From Candidatus Nomurabacteria bacterium (GTDB lineage: Bacteria > Patescibacteriota > WWE3 > UBA101185 > UBA10185), in assembly GCA_020631855.1 (NCBI GenBank), contig JACKGU010000001.1:39601-103600 (forward strand): 64,000 nucleotides of DNA, written 5' to 3'. Under the pieces are notes generated by a model. The model was not told where the DNA came from and did no database searches. It was given only the letters and a program-made list of their open reading frames with translations. Below are positions 38,366-48,615 of the stretch, one piece after another (the first letter of the stretch is position 1; every line of letters starts with the position of its first letter). Made by a program: the position numbers and the translations under genes.

Positions 38366-39578
38366 TTAGTTTTTCCTCCCATTTAGAAAGAACAAAGTCT
38401 TTTAGGTCTTTCTTGAATATTTCTTTGTCGAACTTCTGTACACTTTTTTTAATTGAACCGGCGTCAAAAAGTCCCTCTTCTATGCTTTTATCAAAACTCT
38501 CTATCGACTTTATTAGGTCTCCTACTTCAAGTGATTCAAAAAACATGCCAGATAGGCCTTCCACGATTGTTTCAAGGTGCCCGCCCGACCTATGTGCAAG
38601 AACGGGCTTTCCGTAAGCCATTGCCTCTATTGGAACGATGCCGAAGTCTTCGTCCTGGACAGCGTTTATAAGGCCCTTACAGTTTTCAAGATAATAAGAT
38701 TTTTGCTTGTCTGTGGCCCGCCCGATGAATGTTATATTTGTTTTTGCGATGCTTCTAAGATAGTTTTCTTCGTAGCCTGTGCCCAGTATTACAAGGTTTT
38801 TACCGTTTTTGTTGAAAGCTTTTATGACAACATCAAAATTCTTGTATGCAGACAAGCGGCCCAGCATAATGTAATAGTTCTTTGAGGTATTTTGTTCCTG
38901 CTCTTCTGCTATAATTTTTTCTTCCGAACTTGTTTCGGGGTTGTTATAGGACAGCTCCACTGGAGGGTAAATAACCTTAGCCTCTCGTCCATAAAATTTT
39001 TTTATTCTCGCTAAAGTTTCAAATGAATTTGTTAGTAAAAAGTCGGGTCTTTGGGCCGCATTGTAATCCCAGACCCTTAGAATGTTATCGACAACTTTAA
39101 GTATTGGTTTAAAGTACCATTTATCTCTTTTTTGGCTTTCAACCGAGTATCCATAAAGAAATCTCGGCGGCGTGTGAATATAACTTATGTGAAGCTGGTG
39201 TGTGTTAGTTAGAACTCCTTTAGGCCAAGCTGTCCCGTCTGAAATTATTATGTCGAAATCTTGTAAATCCATCCCCTCAAATACAAGCGGCATCAGAAAG
39301 GTAAGATATTTTTGAAATTTAGACAAAAGTTTATTTTGTGTACTGTGAATTGTTTGGTTGTTCAAAAAAGATGACATGCTTTTTTTGTCGTAAAGGCCTG
39401 TATAGATAGGGGAGTTGGGAAATACTTCGAGCATAGCCTCTAGAGTCTTTTGAGCTCCGCCATACTGCACTAAATATTCATGAACAAAAGCAATTTTTGG
39501 GGCCTTTGCTGCCTGTGTTTTTTGTGATGGGGTGCCTTCAACATTGCTGAATTTTTCATCTTTTTGTCCGATCTGCAT
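38319..39578 (-). CDS. family 4 (GT-B fold) glycosyltransferase
   Basis: C-terminal Glycos_transf_1-type region (EAMAYGKPVLAH, E...E motif); 3' end overlaps the mutM start by 47 nt. Confidence 0.7.
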   Translation of the reverse strand: MQIGQKDEKFSNVEGTPSQKTQAAKAPKIAFVHEYLVQYGGAQKTLEAMLEVFPNSPIYTGLYDKKSMSSFLNNQTIHSTQNKLLSKFQKYLTFLMPLVFEGMDLQDFDIIISDGTAWPKGVLTNTHQLHISYIHTPPRFLYGYSVESQKRDKWYFKPILKVVDNILRVWDYNAAQRPDFLLTNSFETLARIKKFYGREAKVIYPPVELSYNNPETSSEEKIIAEEQEQNTSKNYYIMLGRLSAYKNFDVVIKAFNKNGKNLVILGTGYEENYLRSIAKTNITFIGRATDKQKSYYLENCKGLINAVQDEDFGIVPIEAMAYGKPVLAHRSGGHLETIVEGLSGMFFESLEVGDLIKSIESFDKSIEEGLFDAGSIKKSVQKFDKEIFKKDLKDFVLSKWEEKLNAGATRSSHHSSRNQ

Positions 39579-39657
39579 ATGTAGATATTACAATTTATTT
39601 ATTGATCGCGCCACATAAAGGTTGTCTTAAAATTACCAAGCTTTTGAGGGATCCGTT

Positions 39658-39783
39658 TGAATTTATAATTTCGTTACTTAAAACTACTTAATTAAGCTAG
39701 TAGCTGTAGTTTACCCAATATGTTGATCTTTGCAGCGCAAAGAAATTACAGTTTGCCACCTGCATGGGCTGGTGGTGGTTGAT
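39658..39783 (+). repeat. dispersed intergenic repeat, copy D
   Basis: Aligns to copy A; lies in a divergent promoter region. Confidence 0.85.
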
Positions 39784-39843
39784 TTGCATAAAATATTCAA
39801 CAAGTTGTTGCATGTTTGTGTTTTATTAGGTTAATATAATTCT

Positions 39844-40365
39844 ATGAATTCACAAAAGGGTTATTCTGTCCCTCTGATCTTAATTTTTGTTTTTTCACTG
39901 GTTTCAATACCCGTTTACTATTTTTTTATTAATCAGCAAGCCGCAGAAACAGTTAAAGGAGCTAATACCAAAGCAACAACAGAACCCGGTTTTGGCGTTC
40001 AGATAAGTTCAAAGTCTGGCACATGGGATTTGGTTGAATACCTTTGTAAGGATTATGATTCATGCGTTTCAAATTTAACTGCCGGAACAAGAATGGGCTT
40101 GGTAAGTGGGGGTGTCAGCGATTTGCACGAAGTAGTTGTATCCGCCCAAGATGATTGGAGCAACTATTCTTACATCAAGTTTTATGTTCGACCGTCTTGG
40201 CATTCTGATCCGATAAATTATAGAGTTGTAAGTCTTGGCAGTATTCCTTTTTCAAAAGCAGTTGAAATAAGCGACGGAACAAGGAACGTAGAAGTAGTTG
40301 TTGCTCCGTTAGAAAATATTTCAAGTACCTATATTCAGTCAGCCCATTTCTCCGATTCAAATTAA
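39844..40365 (+). CDS. hypothetical secreted protein
   Basis: N-terminal signal peptide or TM helix (PLILIFVFSLVSIPVYYFFI). Confidence 0.35.
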   Translation: MNSQKGYSVPLILIFVFSLVSIPVYYFFINQQAAETVKGANTKATTEPGFGVQISSKSGTWDLVEYLCKDYDSCVSNLTAGTRMGLVSGGVSDLHEVVVSAQDDWSNYSYIKFYVRPSWHSDPINYRVVSLGSIPFSKAVEISDGTRNVEVVVAPLENISSTYIQSAHFSDSN

Positions 40366-40424
40366 AAAATCAAATTTTTCTGCGTATTTTAATGTTTTTT
40401 GGTTTTTTACGGATCCGGCGTTGA

Positions 40425-41405
40425 TTAAAGTCTTATAATTAATTCACTAAAAATAAATGTTGTGTAAATTCCCAGAAGAACTATAGCCTCTTTTTTTGTC
40501 ACTTTTTGTTGAGTACGTGCCAGCCTCATAAACATCAAAAAGGAAAGAACAACAAAAAAGGTTGTTATTGCTCCCATGTTTATCCCGTCGATTTTAATAG
40601 GATAGAAGATTGCAGCAAGTCCTAAGACTAAGGTAGAGTTTGCAACTACGCTTCCTATAATATCTCCCATTATTTCTTCCGTCTGACCTTTTTTTACAGC
40701 TGCGATGGTAAAAGATATTTCTGGTAAAGATGTTCCAAGTGCTGTAATTGTTAATCCTACAAAGCCAAGGCTTATGTTTAGAGTTTCGCTTATGTTTATT
40801 GCGCTTATAACAATAATATTGCTGGCCGCGAGCAGTAGCGCGAGAGAAAAAATAAATAAGAAAGCCTCTTTTAATAGATTTATTTCTTCGATTTTATCTA
40901 TTAAACTCTCGACCCCTCTCGCTCGTTTTAGAATAGCTATAGAGTAGAGTAGGTATCCTGCAAATAAGGTTATGGCGTCGTATCTTCCGATAACGCCGTC
41001 AAGAGATAAAATAAAAGGTAATAGTGCCAAAAACGACGCAATGTACATATCTCTGGAAGCAATAATATAACGAGTGCTTATTGATCCTGTTAATAATACC
41101 GGCAAAGCTATTACTAGCGTCACCAGGGCTATATTTGATCCCATTGAGGTTCCAAATGATAAAATTGAATCTTGTGCTAGGCCTGATCTAATTGCTACAA
41201 ATGCTTCAGGTAAAGAGGTTCCTATTGCTATCAAGAAAAAGCTTATGGTGTATTCGGAAATTTTTAAGTGGTGTGCTATTTTGGCTGAAGATTCCGTAAA
41301 CCACGACACTGATTTTATTAGCATTACCGATGCGCCTAAGACTAGAGAGAGGAAGAAAAATAAATCCATTACTAGATTGTATCTGAATATTGGTGTGAGA
41401 ATCAA
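40425..41405 (-). CDS. Ca2+/Na+ antiporter of the CaCA (YrbG-like) family
   Basis: Two alpha-repeat motifs GTSLPE (GTSLPEAFVAI and GTSLPEISFTI). Confidence 0.75.
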   Translation of the reverse strand: MILTPIFRYNLVMDLFFFLSLVLGASVMLIKSVSWFTESSAKIAHHLKISEYTISFFLIAIGTSLPEAFVAIRSGLAQDSILSFGTSMGSNIALVTLVIALPVLLTGSISTRYIIASRDMYIASFLALLPFILSLDGVIGRYDAITLFAGYLLYSIAILKRARGVESLIDKIEEINLLKEAFLFIFSLALLLAASNIIVISAINISETLNISLGFVGLTITALGTSLPEISFTIAAVKKGQTEEIMGDIIGSVVANSTLVLGLAAIFYPIKIDGINMGAITTFFVVLSFLMFMRLARTQQKVTKKEAIVLLGIYTTFIFSELIIRL

Positions 41406-41451
41406 ACTTGTTTATTTTACAGCCCGATTTCTATGCCTTAGTTTTTTGTGT

Positions 41452-44118
41452 TTAGGCCTTTGCTCTATTTTGTAATAGTTTATAAATCTCTGTTACGACT
41501 ACCGGTATGGTCGCCGATAGCAATGCTAGTATAAATAAACTTATAGGTATTGGGGTTGTCTTTAGGTAAGTGTTGCCCAGCCAGGAATATAGCGTCATTA
41601 ATTGCAAAAAAACCGATAAAACAAAGGTGGCGATTAAAAAGTTGTTTCTGGGAACAGTTCTGGAAAATATAGAATGGTGCTCAGATCTGCTGTTGAATGC
41701 GTGAAAAAGTTGAGACATTGCAAGTGCCGTGAAGGCTGCGCTTTGCGCAGCCTCGGGAGAAATTCTTAACGCAAATAGAAATACTCCGAATACGCCGACA
41801 GTCATTGAAGCTCCTTGTATAGTCATCCGAACCCATCTTTTTTTAGTCAGTAGGTTGCCTTGTTTTCTAGGCTGTCTTAGCATAATATCTTTTTCTCCCG
41901 GTTCCATGCCTAGCGCAAGTGCCGGCAGGCCGTCCGTTATTAAATTAATCCAGAGAATCTGAATCGGCAGCATAGGTAGTGGAAGTTTAGCTACCATCGC
42001 AAGACCCACAACAAATATCTCGGACATGTTGCAAGAGATCAAATAAGATATAAATTTAATTAAGTTGTCGTATATAACCCTGCCTTCTTTTATTGCTTTA
42101 ACTATTGTTGCGTAATTGTCGTCTTGCAATACCATATCAGAGACTTCTTTCGACACATCCGTGCCGGAGATACCCATTGAAATTCCTATGTCGGCAGCCT
42201 TTATGGCTGGCGCGTCGTTAACCCCGTCTCCTGTAACCGCAGTAATGTTTCCCATGCCCTTTATTACTTGAACTATTCGTAGTTTTTGTTCCGGGGAAAC
42301 CCTGGAGAAAACTTTAACTGTTTTCAATGCGTTGATTATTTCTTGATCGTCAAGTTTTGCGAGATCGGGGCCGTCCATCACTTCGTCATCGTTTCTGATA
42401 AGGCCGAGTTCTTTGGCTATTGTTGTAGCGGTTAGCTTGTGGTCTCCTGTCAGAACTATTGTTTTTATACCTGCGGCCAAAGCCATGTTCAATGCGTCTT
42501 TAACTTCAGGACGTAGGGGATCTTTTTGTGCAACAATGCCGATGAACTCTAGGTCGTCTATGAGCGAAAGGTCATCTTTGTTTCCTTCCAAAACTTGCGC
42601 CAGGTCGTGCCTGCTTATTTTTTTGTAAGCCAGTCCAAGGCTTCTTAGGCCCTTTGCGGCATAATTATTATTTATATTTTCTATAATTTCGTTTTCTGTG
42701 GGCACCATTTCTTGTATTATTTCCGGCGCGCCTTTAGCGAAGACATATGCCTCGTCGCTGTTTTCTGGATCCGAAGTTACGACCACCATTCTTTTTGTTT
42801 CTGAAGAAAAAGGAATTTCATACAACCTGTTATAGGATTTTCTGGTTTCTTTAATGTTCAATCCGGCTCGGATCCCAAGTTCTATAAGAGCGGTTTCGGT
42901 AGGATCTCCAATGTATGAATTGCTGTCGTTGCTAGTGCCCGAAGAAGCTTCAGCGTCATTACACAGAATTGAATTTAATAGAATTAGCTTAAGATCTTCT
43001 TGCTGGTTAGGGGATACCGGATCTTTTTTGCTGTCTAAAAAGGTGAAACCGTCGTTTCTTATTTGCGTTATTGTATAGTTTTCGTTAAGTGTTGCAACAT
43101 TTGTTGCTGACATTTTGTTTTGGGTTAGAGTTCCTGTTTTGTCAGTAAGAATGTAGCTTGTGGATCCTAGAGTTTCAACAGCTTGAAGCCTTCTAACTAT
43201 TGCTTTGCTTTTTGCTAATTGTGAAACTCCTGTAGCCAAGATTACGGTTACAATTGCCGGCAATCCCTCCGGGATTGCCGCAACAGCCAAGCTTATTGCA
43301 GTTAAAAAAGAATCTTTAATGTCCAGTTCGTGTGATAAAAAAGCAAAAGTAAAAATAACTAATATGATTAGGCCTGCAAGAGAGCTTAACCTTTTTCCTA
43401 CCACGGCAAGCTCTTTGCTAAGAGGGGTATCTTCTTTGTCGCTTTCACTCAACAGCATTGATATTTTTCCTATCTCAGTATCTTTGCCCGTTCCTGTAAC
43501 CACGGCCTTTCCACGGCCAAAAACGACAGTTGTGTTTTTATATACCATGTTTTTTCTGTCACCAAGGGCGAGGTCTTCCTGGAGAATTGGGTTTATATGT
43601 TTGTTTACTGGGTTAGATTCTCCTGTTAGAACCGCCTCGGAAATTTGTAAGTTTGCGACTTCTATTAGTCTTGCGTCTGCAGGAACCCTGTCGCCGCTTT
43701 CCAGGATTATTATGTCTCCGGGAACAAGCCTTTCCACCAATACGCTTGTAAGTTCACCGTTGATTATGACTTTAGCGTAGTCCGTAGTCATTTTTTTCAA
43801 GGCCTCTATAGCTTTTTCAGCCCGCGCTTCTTGAATGTATCCCATAAAAGCATTAATGAGTACGATAGTTGTGATAACTACGGCATCAATATGTTCGCCG
43901 ATTGCAAATGAGACTATGGCGGCGGCTATTAAAACCAACACTAGTACGTCAGAAAATTGAGATAGAATTTTTTGGAAAGTCGAGATTTTTTTAGGTTCCG
44001 GTAATGAGTTGGGACCAAATTCAGCAAGCCTCTTTTCTATCTCTTCGGGCCTTAAGCCGCTTTCTATAGAAGTGTTTAATTTTTGTAGTAATTCTTGAAG
44101 CGTGAGTGTGTGAAACAT
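41452..44118 (-). CDS. cation-transporting P-type ATPase (Ca2+-ATPase-like, type IIA/IIB)
   Basis: DKTGTLT phosphorylation motif, TGDGVNDAPA, and 10 TM helices. Confidence 0.9.
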   Translation of the reverse strand: MFHTLTLQELLQKLNTSIESGLRPEEIEKRLAEFGPNSLPEPKKISTFQKILSQFSDVLVLVLIAAAIVSFAIGEHIDAVVITTIVLINAFMGYIQEARAEKAIEALKKMTTDYAKVIINGELTSVLVERLVPGDIIILESGDRVPADARLIEVANLQISEAVLTGESNPVNKHINPILQEDLALGDRKNMVYKNTTVVFGRGKAVVTGTGKDTEIGKISMLLSESDKEDTPLSKELAVVGKRLSSLAGLIILVIFTFAFLSHELDIKDSFLTAISLAVAAIPEGLPAIVTVILATGVSQLAKSKAIVRRLQAVETLGSTSYILTDKTGTLTQNKMSATNVATLNENYTITQIRNDGFTFLDSKKDPVSPNQQEDLKLILLNSILCNDAEASSGTSNDSNSYIGDPTETALIELGIRAGLNIKETRKSYNRLYEIPFSSETKRMVVVTSDPENSDEAYVFAKGAPEIIQEMVPTENEIIENINNNYAAKGLRSLGLAYKKISRHDLAQVLEGNKDDLSLIDDLEFIGIVAQKDPLRPEVKDALNMALAAGIKTIVLTGDHKLTATTIAKELGLIRNDDEVMDGPDLAKLDDQEIINALKTVKVFSRVSPEQKLRIVQVIKGMGNITAVTGDGVNDAPAIKAADIGISMGISGTDVSKEVSDMVLQDDNYATIVKAIKEGRVIYDNLIKFISYLISCNMSEIFVVGLAMVAKLPLPMLPIQILWINLITDGLPALALGMEPGEKDIMLRQPRKQGNLLTKKRWVRMTIQGASMTVGVFGVFLFALRISPEAAQSAAFTALAMSQLFHAFNSRSEHHSIFSRTVPRNNFLIATFVLSVFLQLMTLYSWLGNTYLKTTPIPISLFILALLSATIPVVVTEIYKLLQNRAKA

Positions 44119-44174
44119 GGCCTAATAATTATACATCATGATATTCAAAAAAATTTCTGATACACTATTAATGT

Positions 44175-44654
44175 ATGGATCTAGTGAATCGCAAATCTGC
44201 CCTTTGGCAATATCTGCCAAGCGAAATAAAAGGTCTCATTGAAGACGGGGAAAAAATCTTGGCTCATGCTCAAGAGCATCAAGAGAACCTTTCGGACTTT
44301 TCCTACTTAGTGTTTCCGTTCTCAAAAGCATACGAAGGATTTTTAAAGAGGTTATTTCTTGATTTAGATCTAATTCGTGAAGATGAGTATTACGGGGATG
44401 AGATACGAATTGGGCGTATTTTAAACCCCCATTTTATGAAAGAAAAAGGAAATGTTTTTAATAAGCTGTGTTCTAAAACAGGTAATGGAAACGATATAGT
44501 GCAGCAACTTTGGGAAACATGGCGTGAAGGACGTAATGAGGTTTTTCACTATTTTCCCCATAACTTCAGGCGCCTGTCTTACAAAGAAGCGTCTAAAATT
44601 ATTCAAGACATTTTACGTGCCATGGAGTCGGCAGTTGGAAGCTGCTACTTGTAG
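44175..44654 (+). CDS. hypothetical protein with a possible HEPN-type Rx4H motif
   Basis: RNEVFH near the C-terminus is consistent with HEPN Rx4-6H; otherwise unrecognised. Confidence 0.25.
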   Translation: MDLVNRKSALWQYLPSEIKGLIEDGEKILAHAQEHQENLSDFSYLVFPFSKAYEGFLKRLFLDLDLIREDEYYGDEIRIGRILNPHFMKEKGNVFNKLCSKTGNGNDIVQQLWETWREGRNEVFHYFPHNFRRLSYKEASKIIQDILRAMESAVGSCYL

Positions 44655-44760
44655 AATATAAGAGATTTTTACACTCTCAGTAATTTTTAGACTACAGAGT
44701 CAACTTTTCCTAAATTGTTTTTTCTACGTAAATACGTTTTTATTTGGTATTATTTCGATC

Positions 44761-45930
44761 ATGAGTGTTTTGAGAACAAACCCTACTGGAAAAAAATATA
44801 AAGTGGCTGTTGGCATGAGCGGAGGCGTAGACTCTTCAGTAGCCGCGCATTTGCTGGTAGAACAAGGTTTTGATGTCACCGGAGTTTTTATACGCTGTTG
44901 GGAGGCCAAGGCTGACGGCTGTCGTGCTGACGAGGACCGTGCAGATGCTGTTGCTGTTGCAACCAAGCTTGGAATTCCTTTTGTTACTCTAGATTTTATC
45001 TCAGACTACAAAAATAAGGTTATTGAAAACTTTTATCAAGAATATTCAAAAGGCCGTACACCGAACCCTGATGTTATGTGTAATAAAGAAATAAAATTCG
45101 GCATGTTTTTGGATTGGGCGTTGGCTGAAGGATTCGATTTCATTGCAACCGGTCACTACGCCGGAGTGAGTTCGGTGCCCGAGGTTGCCAAAGCAACTTC
45201 AACAACCTCTACTGGCAGTGCAGAGTTGTATCTGCTACAGGGATCAGACGCTTCTAAAGATCAATCATATTTTTTGTATACCTTAAAACAAGAGCATTTG
45301 AAAAAAGTTATGTTTCCTTTGGAAAATTTAAAAAAAGAACAAGTTAGGTCAATTGCAAAAAAACTTAATTTGCAAACCTACGACAAGCCCGATAGCATGG
45401 GAATTTGTTTTATCGGTGAGGTAGATATTAAAGAGTTTTTACACAAAAGAATTAGTTTTCATAAAGGCTTGGTAGTAGATGAACAGGGGGAAATAATAGG
45501 GGAGCATGACGGAATTGAATTTTACACCGTTGGACAACGCCACGGTTTTAGGATAAACAGGTATGTTGGGCTGCCCTTGTATGTAGTTGGAAAAAATGTT
45601 GAAAAAAACGAGTTGATAGTGGGCTACGCCGCACAAGCAAACGTTTCTATATTTAGTGTGGAAGATTTGTCTTGGGTTGGAAGCGTGCCGGCCTTTCCCT
45701 TAAAATGTGATGTTAGGGTGCGCCATCTTGGAGAGATGCACGATTGCCGGGTTATAAGTTCCTCCTCGAAATCCGGTGCTTCGGGCACAACCACAGAGCA
45801 TAAAATGGAAAATTCACTTCTTGTAACATTAGAGGACCCTATTTTTGGTGTGGCTCCGGGACAAAGCGCCGTTTTTTATTCAGGTAACAAGGTTTTGGGC
45901 GGCGGTATTATTGGTTTTACTCAAAGATAA
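44761..45930 (+). CDS. mnmA: tRNA-specific 2-thiouridylase
   Basis: PP-loop VGMSGGVDSSV plus conserved cysteines. Confidence 0.85.
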   Translation: MSVLRTNPTGKKYKVAVGMSGGVDSSVAAHLLVEQGFDVTGVFIRCWEAKADGCRADEDRADAVAVATKLGIPFVTLDFISDYKNKVIENFYQEYSKGRTPNPDVMCNKEIKFGMFLDWALAEGFDFIATGHYAGVSSVPEVAKATSTTSTGSAELYLLQGSDASKDQSYFLYTLKQEHLKKVMFPLENLKKEQVRSIAKKLNLQTYDKPDSMGICFIGEVDIKEFLHKRISFHKGLVVDEQGEIIGEHDGIEFYTVGQRHGFRINRYVGLPLYVVGKNVEKNELIVGYAAQANVSIFSVEDLSWVGSVPAFPLKCDVRVRHLGEMHDCRVISSSSKSGASGTTTEHKMENSLLVTLEDPIFGVAPGQSAVFYSGNKVLGGGIIGFTQR

Positions 45931-45959
45931 TCGCCCCCTGGGTTTTATGCCGGCTTGTT

Positions 45960-48305
45960 TTAGTAGTTTGCGATGCTAAAACTTGTTCCCAAAGCCTTGT
46001 TTGTGTGTGTGGGTTTTCTATTTGGGTTGTATCTTATATACACTTCTTGTGGCGTTTCGTAATTACCTTCAAAGTCTACGGCCATTGTTTGTATTGCATA
46101 AGAACCGGGTACCTCAAGACTCACAGAAGACCCTGTATACTCTTTCCATTCCACCTCGCCTCCAATTTTATAATATATTTTATCGGCAACTTCATTTGTT
46201 GTGACAGTAAAGTTTGTCGGTCCAACAAACCAGCCATTAAGTGGGTTTGTGCTAAGCATTGCAATCGATCTTGGGGCTTGTATGTCATATTTTTCGGCAA
46301 GAACAGAAAAAGCCGAAAACGAAGAAGTATGTGCTGTGATGATTTTGTTTATAGGATCAAAGACCGAATCTAATATTTCCCATATCTGTTCTTCGGCGTT
46401 GAAGTGGTAGATAGCCATTGTGTCAGCATTATAGTTAGCTAAATCCACACCGTTTAGCTGAATGGTAATGGTTGCGGGCGCAGTAATCTCGTAAATTTTT
46501 TTACCTAAGGTATCAATAATATCAATAACTGTTCCGGTTTTAGGTACGGGATAAAGGTTTTCCGGAGTTCTGCCTACAGGCCCTAGAGGGCTTAGCCGAA
46601 TTGTTACTCCGGACTTTGTAGCGTTTTGGGGCAGTTCTAATGATCGGTTATAGTAGCTTACTTGTACTTCGGCGTTGTTTGTAAATTTTGTGCTGGGAGA
46701 GAAATCTTCCTTCCATAGATACGGACTCACAGTTCCTTTATGTGCTCCCAGTACGTCTTGCCAAGAAAAATTAGGCCACGGATCTTGTATGTAATCCGCC
46801 CACCAAGAAAAAGGATCAATAAAGCCGTCGGGAATATCGTCTGCAAAACTGTTGTTATTATTTTTATCTTTGAGTACGGCTAAATGCAAATGTGGGCCGG
46901 TGGTTTTTCCGCTCAGCCCTACGTAACCAATAACTTCGCCCTCATTTACATGGATAGGGGAGCTGGAACTTGTAAACAGACCCTCGCCTTGTAAGTGCAT
47001 GAAGATCGTTTGATATCCGTTTAAGTGGTCTATTTTTATTGTGTGCCCACAGCTGTTGCAGAAATAGTAGGTCGCATTACCTTCAGCAGGTGCTTTAATC
47101 GGTGTTCCAAAAGCAAGTTTAAAATCAATGCCGTTGTGCCCGGAGTAGTACTCAAAGGGCTGCTTGTCCCTTATACCCATAAAGTTCAGAATCGTATCTT
47201 GTCTGGATAACGGCTCCTCGTAGAAACCATACCCCAGAAAAGGGTATTCATGATCAAAATACGATGTTATAAGATCAAGAGGAATATCTTCGGTATTTTG
47301 TATTTCGAAAGGCAGGGATAGAAATTTACTATTATAGTCGTTCTGCTCTATTTTATATTTTTTTAAGCCCTGTTGGTAGTGTGTCCCTAGCAGGAGCTGT
47401 GGCGCTGAGTACACGTGCGTTAGTTTATCAACCTTTGTTATAGTATTCCCTGAAGTGCTCTCCCAGCCTTCGTCAACACCACTTTTCTTAAAGACAAACG
47501 CGTTTCCGTAGATATCGTTTACAGCAACGTAGAGATTCTCATTTATTACAATCATGTCTTTGACCGCATATCCGTCAAAAAAGCTGTCGTAGCTCCACAC
47601 GTCTGTGCCTGATACTAAGTATCGTAGCCCCAAATAGTCATCACCAGCATAAGTCCTGTTTTCATATTCTGCGAAACTCGATATTCTTCTATTCCTAAGG
47701 CCAATTATCTCTTCCCATGTATGGCCGTTGTCGGCTGAAAAATAATTATTGCTGGCCATAGAAATATAGATTTTTTCTCCTATCATGCTGATGGAGAAAA
47801 TTGTCTTTGTGTTAGTTTCGTCCGGCATTGGTCGTTCCCAGTTTTGCCCTTTATCAAAAGAAAAATATGCCCCGTTGTACCTCTTGCCCACAATAATTAG
47901 ATTTTCTTTTGCCTTTATAATCCCGCCTGAAAAAGGAAAAACGTCTGATAGATGTTGCCACGTGTACCCGCCGTCAGAAGATGCAAAGATCCCGCCGGTT
48001 CCGTCAATTTCGAACGCGGTAGTGGCGTAAATTGTGTTTATTCCATCGAAAGACATTGTGGTAACCCCTCTCCCTTCAAGTCCGTTTGTTTTTATCCATG
48101 TGTTTCCTAGGTCGTGACTTACGTAAATTCCATTATATGGATTAAGCCATATTCTATCGTCGAACTCTCCCGCTATTAATCCGTAGGGGGTGTTGATAAT
48201 GTTTTTGATTTTGGGATCCAGCTGTTCCCAACTTTCAGACGCAAGCAAATTATTATTAAGGCTAAGTAGCATAAAGGCTATAACACAGATTGCTATATTT
48301 TTCAT
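45960..48305 (-). CDS. large secreted protein with BNR/Asp-box repeats and an M23 (LytM-type) metallopeptidase domain
   Basis: Signal peptide; repeated SxDxGxTW (SHDLGNTW, SSDGGYTW, SFDKGQNW, SADNGHTW); M23 motifs HNGIDF...HLHL. Confidence 0.6.
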   Translation of the reverse strand: MKNIAICVIAFMLLSLNNNLLASESWEQLDPKIKNIINTPYGLIAGEFDDRIWLNPYNGIYVSHDLGNTWIKTNGLEGRGVTTMSFDGINTIYATTAFEIDGTGGIFASSDGGYTWQHLSDVFPFSGGIIKAKENLIIVGKRYNGAYFSFDKGQNWERPMPDETNTKTIFSISMIGEKIYISMASNNYFSADNGHTWEEIIGLRNRRISSFAEYENRTYAGDDYLGLRYLVSGTDVWSYDSFFDGYAVKDMIVINENLYVAVNDIYGNAFVFKKSGVDEGWESTSGNTITKVDKLTHVYSAPQLLLGTHYQQGLKKYKIEQNDYNSKFLSLPFEIQNTEDIPLDLITSYFDHEYPFLGYGFYEEPLSRQDTILNFMGIRDKQPFEYYSGHNGIDFKLAFGTPIKAPAEGNATYYFCNSCGHTIKIDHLNGYQTIFMHLQGEGLFTSSSSPIHVNEGEVIGYVGLSGKTTGPHLHLAVLKDKNNNNSFADDIPDGFIDPFSWWADYIQDPWPNFSWQDVLGAHKGTVSPYLWKEDFSPSTKFTNNAEVQVSYYNRSLELPQNATKSGVTIRLSPLGPVGRTPENLYPVPKTGTVIDIIDTLGKKIYEITAPATITIQLNGVDLANYNADTMAIYHFNAEEQIWEILDSVFDPINKIITAHTSSFSAFSVLAEKYDIQAPRSIAMLSTNPLNGWFVGPTNFTVTTNEVADKIYYKIGGEVEWKEYTGSSVSLEVPGSYAIQTMAVDFEGNYETPQEVYIRYNPNRKPTHTNKALGTSFSIANY

Positions 48306-48615
48306 TCTATTATAGTAAGAAAATATTCGGAAATACCAACTTGCATTGTATATTATAAGTAGATTTTATTTTAAAAGTAATTTACCACAATAGTTGCTAA
48401 TATTGATAAAAAGAGGGGCACTATTTGATTTCTATAATAAAAGATTGATGCCGTCTAGGATAGGCCAGTATTACTTGGGAGTAATAAATTTACTCACAAT
48501 GAATAGTTTTAGACATTTGGGCCTATAGATAAGAGGGATATTTAACTTTTTTTCCTCGGTGCCGTTCGTATCATTTTTGCTTTTACTTGTTATAAAGTTT
48601 ATAATTCAAGGCAAC

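Noticed and set aside
41729-43780. Plus-strand ORFs inside the P-type ATPase gene
   Set aside because: They are antisense to a CDS with canonical DKTGT and GDGVNDAPA motifs, so they are spurious.
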